The position numbers and the translations under genes are program-made. A stretch of 32,000 bases of DNA from Clostridium kluyveri (GTDB taxonomy: Bacteria > Bacillota > Clostridia > Clostridiales > Clostridiaceae). Positions within the stretch are counted from its first letter, which is position 1, and each line of letters begins with the position of its first letter. The stretch covers positions 1,852,750 through 1,884,749 of the forward strand of contig NZ_CP018335.1 in assembly GCF_001902295.1 (NCBI RefSeq). The letters run 5' to 3'. Positions 17,794-27,115 of this stretch are shown piece after piece. The notes under the pieces are model-generated. The model was not told where the DNA came from. It did not search any database and saw nothing but the letters and a program-made list of their open reading frames with translations.

Positions 17794-18776
17794 TGTTTAA
17801 CAATGAAAAGTTTTTTTGGTCACCTGCGGCAAGATGGGAAAAAAAAGATGGTCAGGTAAAGATTGAAGTATTTTGCTATAAAGATTATATTGTTGAGTTA
17901 TTTCCTGAATTCTATTTTTTTACACAGAAAGGTGTTTATGTAAATGACTTAATTGATAAATTTCCGAAATATGATAAGGACAGATTAAAAAGTTTTATAC
18001 AGGATTTAATTAGAAAAAAGATATTAGTTGATTCTCCACTTATACCTCATGAATTATTTTATAGTGGAAATTACCTTTTTCAAAATAAACATAGTGAAAA
18101 TATAAAATATGATAAATTAGAATTTGAAAATTTTAAGAGTATGCAGTTAAATAGAAATTACAAAACGCCTAAGGGTCTGAAGATAAATTTATATAGTGAT
18201 GAGCAATATCCCTATTGTATAAGTGAACGAAAAACATGCAGAAGTTTTAATACAAATGAAATAATTAGTTTTGAAGTATTCTCAAAATTAATAGCTGTTT
18301 TTAGACAAAGAAGAATTAATGGACAAATTAAATATTACTATGCTAGTGCTGGAGGACTTTACCCTATAGACATATATATTTATATAAAGGAGAAGAGAGT
18401 AGAAAATTTAAAACAAGGTCTTTATTATTATAGTCCTTTAGATAATTCAATAAATATTGTAGATGAATGTTGTCATGTAAACAAAAATGCACACTATTTT
18501 ATGAATCAATCTATATTTAATCAATCGGCTTTTTCAATTTTTTTTATTTATAATATGGAAGTTACAATGCCTAAATATGGTGGTATCGGATATTTATATT
18601 CGTGTATAGATATAGGTATAATGGTAAGTTCACTTACTTTTGTTGCAGGACTATATAATATTGGTTTATGTTCTATAGGAGATATGAATTTTCATAAAAT
18701 AGAAAAATATTTTCAGCTTAATAAAAATCAAGTTTATATACATACAGTGGAATTAGGACTGAAGTTAGAAGATTAA
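17793..18776 (+). CDS. SagB/McbC-type flavin-dependent oxidoreductase (azoline oxidase-like)
   Basis: Nitroreductase/SagB-like features (YYYASAGGLYPIDIYIYIKE, LKQGLYYYSPLDNSINIV, GIGYLYSCIDIGIMVSSLTFVAGLYNIGLCSIGD); GTG start overlapping thioesterase TAG. Confidence 0.8.
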   Translation: MFNNEKFFWSPAARWEKKDGQVKIEVFCYKDYIVELFPEFYFFTQKGVYVNDLIDKFPKYDKDRLKSFIQDLIRKKILVDSPLIPHELFYSGNYLFQNKHSENIKYDKLEFENFKSMQLNRNYKTPKGLKINLYSDEQYPYCISERKTCRSFNTNEIISFEVFSKLIAVFRQRRINGQIKYYYASAGGLYPIDIYIYIKEKRVENLKQGLYYYSPLDNSINIVDECCHVNKNAHYFMNQSIFNQSAFSIFFIYNMEVTMPKYGGIGYLYSCIDIGIMVSSLTFVAGLYNIGLCSIGDMNFHKIEKYFQLNKNQVYIHTVELGLKLED

Positions 18777-18819
18777 AGTTATTACATTGCTGTAAAATTT
18801 ATGGAAGGAGTATTACGAA

Positions 18820-21800
18820 ATGGATTCTTATGTAAGATCGGAGAAGCTTGAAATCAAAAATTTTCCAAAAGAATTGTCGACTTTATTAAAAATAGCTGGT
18901 GACTTTTCCAGAATAAATGGAAGAGGGATATATTTTATTGAAGAAGATGAATCGGAAATATTTTTGCCGTATTATAAATTGTATGAAAATGCAGTAAGAT
19001 TATGCAGTGGATTACAGAAATTAGGTGTAAAAAGGGGAGATAAGTTAATATTTCAGTTAAAAAGTGAATTTAATTTTATAAATATGTTTTGGGCATGCAT
19101 AGTAGGAGGATATATACCGGTTCCTCTCCCAATTTCAAATATATATTCTTATAATTCACAAGATCTAGTTAGATTTTTAAATGTTACAGAGCAGCTATCA
19201 CATCCTAAAATTATTTCTGAAAAATTATTTCAAGAGTTCTTCAATGAAGGTGCATACAGTAATTTAACTGTAATATATTTTGAAGATATTGATAAATCCT
19301 ATGAACAGAATAATAAAATTCAGCTGCCTTTGCCATCTGATATTGCTTTTATTCAATTTTCCTCGGGAAGTACAGGAAATCCTAAAGGGGTTATACTTAC
19401 ACATAATAATTTAATTCATAATATATTTCAAATTAATGAAAAAAGTAAAAGTACCAATATGGATTTTATGGCTAATTGGATGCCACTTACCCATAATCTG
19501 GGATTAATCGCTCTTCATATTGCACCTTTAGGTGCTTTTAGTAATCAAATTAAGTTCAATACAGAGCTATTTATTAAAAAACCTGAATTATTTATGAAAA
19601 AAATAACTATTTATAAAGCTACTATGTCGGGCTTCCCTAATTTTGCATTATCCTTGCTTTTAGAAAGAATACCAGATGATGAATCTCAAAATTATGATTT
19701 ATCTCATCTCAGGCTTATTTATAACGGTGCAGAACCTATATCAAATAATGTAATTCAAAAATTCAATAAAAAGTTTTCCAAATGGTATTTAAATAAAAAG
19801 GCTATGCATGCTACCTATGGAATGGCAGAAGCAAGTGTTATCATCTCTCTTCAGGATATGGATGATTCTATTATCAGTCATAAAATTATAAGAAATGAAT
19901 TTTCGTTAAATAACAATATTATATATTCAGAAGACAATGAAGATACTATAGAATTTGTTGATGTGGGATATCTGCTGCCAGAAATGGAAGTCAAAGTATT
20001 GGATGATGATGATATTTTATTGGAAAATGAAAAGGTAGGTAATATTCTGGTAAAGGGTCCTAATATAACATCTGGATATATTAATGATGATGGAATGAAT
20101 GAAAAATTATTTCTAGATGGATTTCTAAGAACGGGAGATTTAGGATTTGTTAAAGATGGAAGATTGGTAATAACAGGACGCAGAAGAGATTTGATCTTTT
20201 TTAATGGGCAGAATTTCTATGCTCATGATATAGAACATTTATGTGAAGAAATTGATGAAGTTGATTTTGGACAAGTGGCTGCATGTGGGGTTACAAATTA
20301 TAAAAATGGTAGTGAGGAATTAATAATTTTCATACAATTTAGGGAGGAAATTAAAAATTTTAGTGAAGCTACCTTAAGAATAAAAGAATATGTAAATAGA
20401 AGAATAGGACAAAGTATTACCCATATATTGCCTGTAGAATATATACCTAAAACTGCAAGTGGGAAGATACAAAGGCAGGAGCTTGGACAGAGGTATTTGA
20501 ATGGCGAATTTCATGATATCATTTTAATGATAAATGAAGAAATAAAAAACTGTAATAATAAAAATAATACAGCAAGAAATAAAATAGATTTTGATTTAAT
20601 AAAGTTATGGGGCAGAATATTGAACTTGGAAAACATACGAATTCAGGATGATTTTTTTAAACTTGGAGGAGATTCTCTGAAATTAATTCAAATATGTTAT
20701 GAAATAAGTAATATATATAAAGTTGATATAAATTCAAGTGAGTTTATAAAGTTAGGTAATATTTTAAATATAAGTGATTATATTCAAAATAATAAAAATT
20801 TAATAAGTGAACAAAAATATCCTGTATCAGCACCCGATACTAAAAATCTTAATGTTCCATTTCCTTTATCCGAAGTACAGTCTGCCTATTTTACAGGGAG
20901 AAACAGTGGATTTGAAATGGGAGGGGTATCAACTCATATATATTATGAAATAGAAACAAAGCTGGATATAGATAAATTTAACCAAAGTCTCAATAAGGTA
21001 ATAAAACATCAGCCTATGTTGAGGGCCATAATTCTTGAAAGTGGCCAGCAGAAAATACTTGAAAGTGTGCCAAAATACAATATAAAAGTGGAAGATATAA
21101 GTGAACTCAATTATGACAGCCAGCAGGAAAGAATATTGGAAGAAAGAGATAGGATGTCTCACTATATATTTAAAACAGATATATGGCCTCTATTTGAATT
21201 CAAAGCTTTTAAGACAAATATCAACAAATACTATATGCTTATAGGATTTGATCTTTTGATATCAGATGGGACTAGCATGCGTATATTGGTGAAAGAAATA
21301 ATAGAAAATTATGATTGCTTTCATAAAGGCTACCAAAAGCTTAAGTTTAATTTTAGAGATTATGTAACGGCATGCGAAGAATTTAAGATATCAAAAGTTT
21401 ATGAAAATGATAAAAAATATTGGATGGAAAAACTCAAGGATTTTCCACAGGCACCTAAACTGCCTTTAAAGCAGGAGCCTTCAGAGGTGGCAAGCCCTCA
21501 TTTCAAAAGACAGAATAAAATTATAAGTAAAAATATCTGGGAGAATATAAAGAAAAAGGCCAAAGAAAATAATATAACTCCTTCCGTACTTTTGTGTACA
21601 GCCTATGCACAGATACTAGGCCACTGGAGCAATGAACCTCATCATGCGATAAATGTGACTGTATTTACAAGATATCCTTTCCATGAGGATGTAAATAAAA
21701 TCATAGGGGATTTTACATCAGTAATGTTACTTGATGTAGATTTAAAAACCGGTACATCTTTTTGGGAAAAGGCATCAGAGGTTCAAAGTTCTATGATGGA

Positions 21801-22401
21801 AGCGCTGGAGCACAGACACTACGATGGAATTAATTTTATAAGGGATATATCAAAATATAATGGATTGGGAGCAAAAGCTGTAATGCCTATAGTGTTTACA
21901 AGTCTACTGTTTTCCATGGACAATGAGGAAAAAGGAGTAGGATTTACAGAACTTGGGGATATAAAAATGGGAGTAAGCCAGACATCACAGGTATATCTGG
22001 ATTATCAGGTAATGGAGATAGGGGGAAATTTATCTATAACATGGGACTATGTAGAAGAATTGTTTGAAGAAGATATGATAAATACCATGTTCCAGCAGTA
22101 TGTAAAGCTGGTGGAAAGTTTACTGGAACACAGGGAATATAGACTTCAGGCAGAAGAAGAGACAATAAAATTTATAGATAATTATAACCACAGGGAAGAA
22201 TTCATACCTGAAACCACCCTTCAGGAGCTGTTTATGAAAAAGGCAAAGGAATGCCCTGAAAATACAGCTCTCATATTTGAAGACAGAAGTATGAACTATA
22301 GGGAACTGGATATTAAATCAAACCAGGTAGCCCATTACTTAAAACAGCAGGGATTTGGCAGCAGTGACTTTATAGGCATAGGTAGTGTAAAAAGTTTATG
22401 A
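18820..22401 (+). CDS. NRPS N-terminal fragment: acyl-AMP ligase (AL/FAAL-like) - carrier protein - heterocyclization (Cy) - start of adenylation domain; native sequence ends at 22380
   Basis: AL: FIQFSSGSTGNPKGVILTH, NWMPLTHNLGLIA; CP: DDFFKLGGDSLKLIQI; Cy motifs FPLSEVQSAYFTGR, LRAIILESGQQ, DLLISD, LPLKQEP, IGDFTSVMLLDV, MPIVFTSLLF; A start LQELFMKKAKECPENTALIFEDRSMNYRELD; stop arises in IS sequence. Confidence 0.92.
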   Translation: MDSYVRSEKLEIKNFPKELSTLLKIAGDFSRINGRGIYFIEEDESEIFLPYYKLYENAVRLCSGLQKLGVKRGDKLIFQLKSEFNFINMFWACIVGGYIPVPLPISNIYSYNSQDLVRFLNVTEQLSHPKIISEKLFQEFFNEGAYSNLTVIYFEDIDKSYEQNNKIQLPLPSDIAFIQFSSGSTGNPKGVILTHNNLIHNIFQINEKSKSTNMDFMANWMPLTHNLGLIALHIAPLGAFSNQIKFNTELFIKKPELFMKKITIYKATMSGFPNFALSLLLERIPDDESQNYDLSHLRLIYNGAEPISNNVIQKFNKKFSKWYLNKKAMHATYGMAEASVIISLQDMDDSIISHKIIRNEFSLNNNIIYSEDNEDTIEFVDVGYLLPEMEVKVLDDDDILLENEKVGNILVKGPNITSGYINDDGMNEKLFLDGFLRTGDLGFVKDGRLVITGRRRDLIFFNGQNFYAHDIEHLCEEIDEVDFGQVAACGVTNYKNGSEELIIFIQFREEIKNFSEATLRIKEYVNRRIGQSITHILPVEYIPKTASGKIQRQELGQRYLNGEFHDIILMINEEIKNCNNKNNTARNKIDFDLIKLWGRILNLENIRIQDDFFKLGGDSLKLIQICYEISNIYKVDINSSEFIKLGNILNISDYIQNNKNLISEQKYPVSAPDTKNLNVPFPLSEVQSAYFTGRNSGFEMGGVSTHIYYEIETKLDIDKFNQSLNKVIKHQPMLRAIILESGQQKILESVPKYNIKVEDISELNYDSQQERILEERDRMSHYIFKTDIWPLFEFKAFKTNINKYYMLIGFDLLISDGTSMRILVKEIIENYDCFHKGYQKLKFNFRDYVTACEEFKISKVYENDKKYWMEKLKDFPQAPKLPLKQEPSEVASPHFKRQNKIISKNIWENIKKKAKENNITPSVLLCTAYAQILGHWSNEPHHAINVTVFTRYPFHEDVNKIIGDFTSVMLLDVDLKTGTSFWEKASEVQSSMMEALEHRHYDGINFIRDISKYNGLGAKAVMPIVFTSLLFSMDNEEKGVGFTELGDIKMGVSQTSQVYLDYQVMEIGGNLSITWDYVEELFEEDMINTMFQQYVKLVESLLEHREYRLQAEEETIKFIDNYNHREEFIPETTLQELFMKKAKECPENTALIFEDRSMNYRELDIKSNQVAHYLKQQGFGSSDFIGIGSVKSL

Positions 22402-22468
22402 AAAACTATAAAATAATAAATTTTTAGGGCACCCATAAATGTAAGTTTGTTACAAATAACCGCAGTTG

Positions 22469-22593
22469 CCCTTGACAAACATTATCCAAATTTTGTTTTA
22501 CCTTGAAGAGGGCGAAGGGAAAAGATATAAAGACATGACAAAAAGCCCTCTGAAAACCAATTTTAAAATTTGTCTAATTCGGTTTGTCAAGGG
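22469..22593 (-). other. Long-range inverted repeat inside the IS, downstream of the transposase
   Basis: CCCTTGACAAAC (22469..22480) and exact complement GTTTGTCAAGGG (22582..22593), with nested GAGGGC/GCCCTC. Confidence 0.6.
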
Positions 22594-22644
22594 TTCGCTG
22601 ACGCCAACAGCTGCTTTAGGGCTCAGCTAAATAGATATAAAATC

Positions 22645-24120
22645 TTAGGAGGTAGCCTGTGATATACAATAGTCTTGAGCTAGTTCAACAAGCTTACACC
22701 AACGAGCTGGCATGGTTTGAAGACTTTGAAGTACAGGTATTTGAACTGGAACCTTATGATTAAGTGTTGAATGAGTTCTTAGAAAATTAAAATATGCAGC
22801 AAATAATGTTACAAATGCTATAGAACCATCTGAACTATTAAAACCACAGGTTGTCCTATAACTGCCTTTAAAGGTTCTATTAAGACGTTCAATTATCTGT
22901 TTTAAAGGTCTGTATTCCTTTGAAACGTCATCATTGTTTGTAAGACCTATGACTTGAGTAATATCGAAGTTAATGTCTTCGCTTGCGAAAAAATGTTGTG
23001 CCAACAAGTAGATTGGATTACCATCAACAATGAAATTTAGTTTTTTAGGTATATCCTTAAGCTTTGATAAAACGTCGTCTAAAGCTTTAACTGCTGAAAG
23101 AGTATCTCTATTTGGTGAAACTCTATAAGAAAGAATAATTTTCTTAACAGAGTCAAAGAAAAAGAAGATATACTGCCATTTACCGTTAACTTTTATGTAT
23201 GTTTCATCACCACAAAAAGAATTAGATAACTCATAATTGTAGTTATCAACAAAGGGCTTTACCACATGGGATACAGCATCAGCGTAGTTTAAAACTGTTT
23301 GATGAGATATTTTAATACCGTGAATATCCCTCATTATTGAAGCCGTCTGTCTTGAAGACATATGGTAGTTTATGTAGTAAGACATAATTAATCCTAAAGT
23401 ATGAGACGAAACCATTATTTTAGGCAGACTAATTTTAGATTTAACAGGGCTTTTACTGCTAAAAGGCTTATAGTCAAAAGTAAATTCCCTAGTTATATAT
23501 CTAACTTTATAGTTGTGAGGGTTATTTTTAAAGTCTTCTCTTTCTTTTTTAGTCATTGAAGCTAAATTGGTTTTATAAAAATCACACTCATCATTCTTAC
23601 ATTTATGCACATAAAAGTCCTTGCGAGTTTTGATTTTTTCAAGTGTTTTACCACAGTAAGGACATTTTAAAATAACGGACTTTTGAAAATAATTTTTAGG
23701 GTTAAATACTGTGTTGCATACCTTACAAAGGTATTGACCTCTGCCACCATTATTATCGTAAAGATACTGGTGGGGAGCACCACATTTAGGACACTTAACT
23801 TCTTTAGGAATGATAGTTTTATTCTTACGTGGCTTAACAGGTGTAAGTTCTTTCTTGTGACTTTCAAAATAGTTATGTAGAAGAACTTTATAATCAAGCT
23901 TTTCAGGTATTTCAAATATAGGTATTTTGTCTACCTGAAGCTTTCTATATTCCTTTTTTACTGGTTCGTCAGAGGCAGGGGTAAACATGGGTTTGCCAAC
24001 TAAAAGAATAAATAATAGGTTAATCATATTGTGTAGGTAAATAATGTATTTAACAAGAAACTCGTTAATCATGCTTGTAGCTTGCTCCTTTCTTCTTTGC
24101 TGGAAATTATGACTTTGCAA
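22645..24120 (-). CDS. DDE transposase with N-terminal zinc-ribbon motifs (IS6/IS240-like catalytic core)
   Basis: CPKCGAPHQYLYD..CKVC, CPYCGKTL; CGDETYIKVNGKWQYIFFFFD, FIVDGNPIY, QIIERLNRTFKGSYRTTCGF. Confidence 0.85.
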   Translation of the reverse strand: MQSHNFQQRRKEQATSMINEFLVKYIIYLHNMINLLFILLVGKPMFTPASDEPVKKEYRKLQVDKIPIFEIPEKLDYKVLLHNYFESHKKELTPVKPRKNKTIIPKEVKCPKCGAPHQYLYDNNGGRGQYLCKVCNTVFNPKNYFQKSVILKCPYCGKTLEKIKTRKDFYVHKCKNDECDFYKTNLASMTKKEREDFKNNPHNYKVRYITREFTFDYKPFSSKSPVKSKISLPKIMVSSHTLGLIMSYYINYHMSSRQTASIMRDIHGIKISHQTVLNYADAVSHVVKPFVDNYNYELSNSFCGDETYIKVNGKWQYIFFFFDSVKKIILSYRVSPNRDTLSAVKALDDVLSKLKDIPKKLNFIVDGNPIYLLAQHFFASEDINFDITQVIGLTNNDDVSKEYRPLKQIIERLNRTFKGSYRTTCGFNSSDGSIAFVTLFAAYFNFLRTHSTLNHKVPVQIPVLQSLQTMPARWCKLVELAQDYCISQATS

Positions 24121-24233
24121 ATCACTAATTTACCCTAAAAGTTTGGGGGGAGCAAGTTATTTATATAAAATTGTTAAAAATAAAAGGGTTACGTCAGAAA
24201 TTATATTAAAATTTTTGACAATACCTAGGCATA

Positions 24234-27053
24234 TATGGGGAAAGAAATATGAAAACCATAGTAAATATAATGGGAGTGTTAAAGGCAGGAGCAGCGTATG
24301 TACCTGTAGATCCAAAATATCCTGAAGATAGGAAAAGATATATACTGGAAAACAGTAACTGCAGGACTATACTAAAGTCAAGTTTCTATGAAGATAAAAA
24401 TTTAAGTATATACCCGGAAACAGTACCCAAAATAAAGTATAATCCACAGGATACTGCCTATATCATATACACTTCGGGAAGTACCGGGAGACCTAAAGGA
24501 GTAGTAATATCTCAAAGTGCTGTAGTAAATACCATAATAGACATAAACAAAAAGTTTGATGTAGGTGAAAAGGACAGAATAATAGGACTGTCATCCCTAT
24601 GCTTTGATTTATCTGTATATGATATATTTGGAGCCCTGTCTTCTGGAGCTTCCCTTGTACAGATTAATGATGTAAGGGATGTAAAAAATGTCATGGATGT
24701 AGTGAAAGAAAAAGGTATCACCATATGGAACTCTGTACCTGCAATAATGGATATATTGCTGGAAAATATGAATTTAAATAGTATAGAAGATTATAAATAT
24801 AATAATGTGTTAAGACTGGTAATGCTGAGTGGGGACTGGATAGGACTTAATCTTCCTGAGAAAATAAAAGAAAATTTTCCAGAAGCCAGGGTAATAAGCC
24901 TGGGAGGAGCTACGGAAGCTTCCATATGGTCTATATACTACCCTATAAAAGATATAAAAGACAGCTGGAGGAGTATACCTTATGGGATGCCTCTTGCAAA
25001 TCAGAAATTTTATGTACTGAATTATGAAATGGAATTCTGTCCTTCAGGAGTACCGGGAGAGCTTTATATTGGAGGAAGGGGACTTGCCAGAGGATATATG
25101 GCAGATAAAGAAAAGACGGAGAATGCATTTATAGAACATCCTAAACTGGGCAGTCTGTACAGAACGGGAGATTATGGAGTACTAAATAGTGAAGGGTATA
25201 TAGAATTTTTGGGGAGAAAAGATCATCAGGTAAAAATAAGAGGACACAGAATAGAACTGGGAGAAATAGAAAATGCACTGATAAAACATGAAAATATAAA
25301 AAATGCAGTGGTTGTAGACAGTAAGGATAATAAAGGAAGAAAGTTTTTGTGTGCCTATATAGTAAGTGAAGTTAGATTAAAAAGAAGTGAGCTAAAAGAA
25401 TATATAGAGGGGAAACTTCCAGAATATATGGTACCTAAATATTTCGTAGATATAAAGGAGATACCATTGACAGCCAATGGCAAGGTGGATAGAAAGAATC
25501 TGCCGCAGCCAGAGGTAGAATTGGAGGATAACTATGTGGCTCCTAGAAATGAAGTAGAAAAAAAATTGGTGGATGTATGGAGTGAGATATTGAATTGTAA
25601 CAATATAGGAATAGAGGATAATTTTTTAGCATTGGGGGGAGATTCTTTAACAGCAATAAAAATGTATGCAAGACTTAATGGCGAATTTGAAATTACTATA
25701 AATGATATATTTCAAAATCAGACAATTTCAAAGTTATCACAAAGAATCAAAAGTAAGAATAATAACTTAAAGTTCAGTATTGAAAAGTACAAGAAACAAT
25801 ATCTTCAAAGGAAAGGCATGTTTTGTGACCTAGAACAAAAATTAGAAAAAGAGTATAAGGATTACAGAAGAAAAAATAGAGAATATTATTGTGAAATTGA
25901 TCTTTCCAAAGTTAAGGTATATGAGAGTATTTTAATTACAGGCTCTACAGGATATGTGGGAAGCCATTTGCTTTATGAGTTTTTAAAAAATACTAATTCT
26001 ATAATATACACTATTATAAGAGGAAGTAGTAGGGATAAAGTTAAAGAAAAGCTTAAGAACAAAATAATATTTTATTTTGGATATGAATTTTATGAAAAAT
26101 ATAATAGTAGGATAATACCATTTAATGGAGATTTGACAGAAGAATATCTTGGATTAAATAAGGATACTTATGATGAACTTGGAAGAAAAATTCACTGCAT
26201 AATAAACTGTGCAGCTAACGTGGCTCATTTTGGTGTATATGATGAACTGTATAAAACAAATGTTAAAATTGTAGAAAAAATTATTGAATTTGCCCAAAAT
26301 TCAATCAAAAAAGATATATTTCATGTATCTACTACTTCTGTTGGAACAGGAAAATTGAATGGTTATTCTAATGTTCTTTATACAGAATATGACTTAGATA
26401 TTGGACATGAGATTGATAATTTTTATTCCAAGACTAAATTTGAAGCAGAAAAACTTATGGTACAGGCCAGAAAAGAGGGCATTAATACCACTATATTAAG
26501 GCTTGGCAATGTGGTATTTAACTCCCAATCTGGAATGTTCCAAGAAAATATAGAAAAAAGTGCATTTTACAACTTGATAAATACTCTCGTTAAACTTGAG
26601 GCAATACCTGAATTTCCATTTGGATTTTTGGAATTTTCATATGTAGACTATGTATGCAAGGCTATGTTCTTGCTTATCACAAGAAAAGAATTACAAAATG
26701 AGATATATCATATAAAAAATTCTAAAAAAATTACTTTTAATGAATTTTCTAATTATTTACAAAAGATAGGTATTGAAATAAATAGGTACGAATATGAGAA
26801 GTTTCTTGACTATTTATACTATAATTATAAAAATGAAAATTTAAAGGATCATATTGACAGCCTATTGGTACACACATACTTAATGCCTTGGAGTGTGGAG
26901 ACATTTTTTGTGGATGCTTCTGAAAAAACGGAAATGTTATTGGGAAAAATGGGCTTTAAGTGGAAAAAACCAGATGCTAAATTGATAAAGAGAATGATAG
27001 ATTATGGTATTAAGGTAGGCTTTTTCGATATAAAGTTAGCAGTTAATAATTAA
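24234..27053 (+). CDS. NRPS C-terminal fragment: rest of Cys-type adenylation domain - PCP - terminal thioester reductase (TD)
   Basis: In-frame continuation YGERNMKTIVNIMGVLKAGAAYVPVDPKYPEDR; AYIIYTSGSTGRPKGVV, FDLSVYDIFGAL, LRLVMLSGDWIG, ISLGGATEASIW; PCP LALGGDSLTAI; TD SILITGSTGYVGSHLLYEFLK, FHVSTTSVGTGKLNG. ORF-track start is 24249. Confidence 0.92.
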   Translation, partial: YGERNMKTIVNIMGVLKAGAAYVPVDPKYPEDRKRYILENSNCRTILKSSFYEDKNLSIYPETVPKIKYNPQDTAYIIYTSGSTGRPKGVVISQSAVVNTIIDINKKFDVGEKDRIIGLSSLCFDLSVYDIFGALSSGASLVQINDVRDVKNVMDVVKEKGITIWNSVPAIMDILLENMNLNSIEDYKYNNVLRLVMLSGDWIGLNLPEKIKENFPEARVISLGGATEASIWSIYYPIKDIKDSWRSIPYGMPLANQKFYVLNYEMEFCPSGVPGELYIGGRGLARGYMADKEKTENAFIEHPKLGSLYRTGDYGVLNSEGYIEFLGRKDHQVKIRGHRIELGEIENALIKHENIKNAVVVDSKDNKGRKFLCAYIVSEVRLKRSELKEYIEGKLPEYMVPKYFVDIKEIPLTANGKVDRKNLPQPEVELEDNYVAPRNEVEKKLVDVWSEILNCNNIGIEDNFLALGGDSLTAIKMYARLNGEFEITINDIFQNQTISKLSQRIKSKNNNLKFSIEKYKKQYLQRKGMFCDLEQKLEKEYKDYRRKNREYYCEIDLSKVKVYESILITGSTGYVGSHLLYEFLKNTNSIIYTIIRGSSRDKVKEKLKNKIIFYFGYEFYEKYNSRIIPFNGDLTEEYLGLNKDTYDELGRKIHCIINCAANVAHFGVYDELYKTNVKIVEKIIEFAQNSIKKDIFHVSTTSVGTGKLNGYSNVLYTEYDLDIGHEIDNFYSKTKFEAEKLMVQARKEGINTTILRLGNVVFNSQSGMFQENIEKSAFYNLINTLVKLEAIPEFPFGFLEFSYVDYVCKAMFLLITRKELQNEIYHIKNSKKITFNEFSNYLQKIGIEINRYEYEKFLDYLYYNYKNENLKDHIDSLLVHTYLMPWSVETFFVDASEKTEMLLGKMGFKWKKPDAKLIKRMIDYGIKVGFFDIKLAVNN

Positions 27054-27115
27054 TTCAATGCCATGACAAGGGGCTTACAATACCTTGTACACAATATATT
27101 TTAAGGAGATATAAG

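Larger units (their letters stand above)
22381..24225 (-). mobile_element. ~1845-bp insertion sequence inside NRPS adenylation domain, 8-bp TSD
   Basis: Perfect flanking repeat TAGGCATA (22373..22380 and 24226..24233); terminal IRs GGTAGTGTAAAAAGTTT / GGTATTGTCAAAAATTT; codes for one DDE transposase. Confidence 0.93.

Noticed and set aside
17793-18776. RiPP (TOMM) cluster suggested by the SagB-like gene
   Set aside because: No YcaO cyclodehydratase, SagC-like protein or Cys/Ser/Thr-rich precursor peptide seen nearby; the Cy-containing NRPS explains it better.
24215-24243. Outward-facing TTGACA (24215..24220) in the IS terminal repeat, possibly forming a hybrid promoter for the downstream NRPS fragment
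   Set aside because: No convincing -10 hexamer at 16-18 bp; the flank there reads gggaaagaa. Left as unsupported.
24143-24325. ORF-track 60-aa frame MGGASYLYKIVKNKRVTSEI...
   Set aside because: Out of frame with the NRPS, spans the IS/NRPS junction, no recognisable domain.
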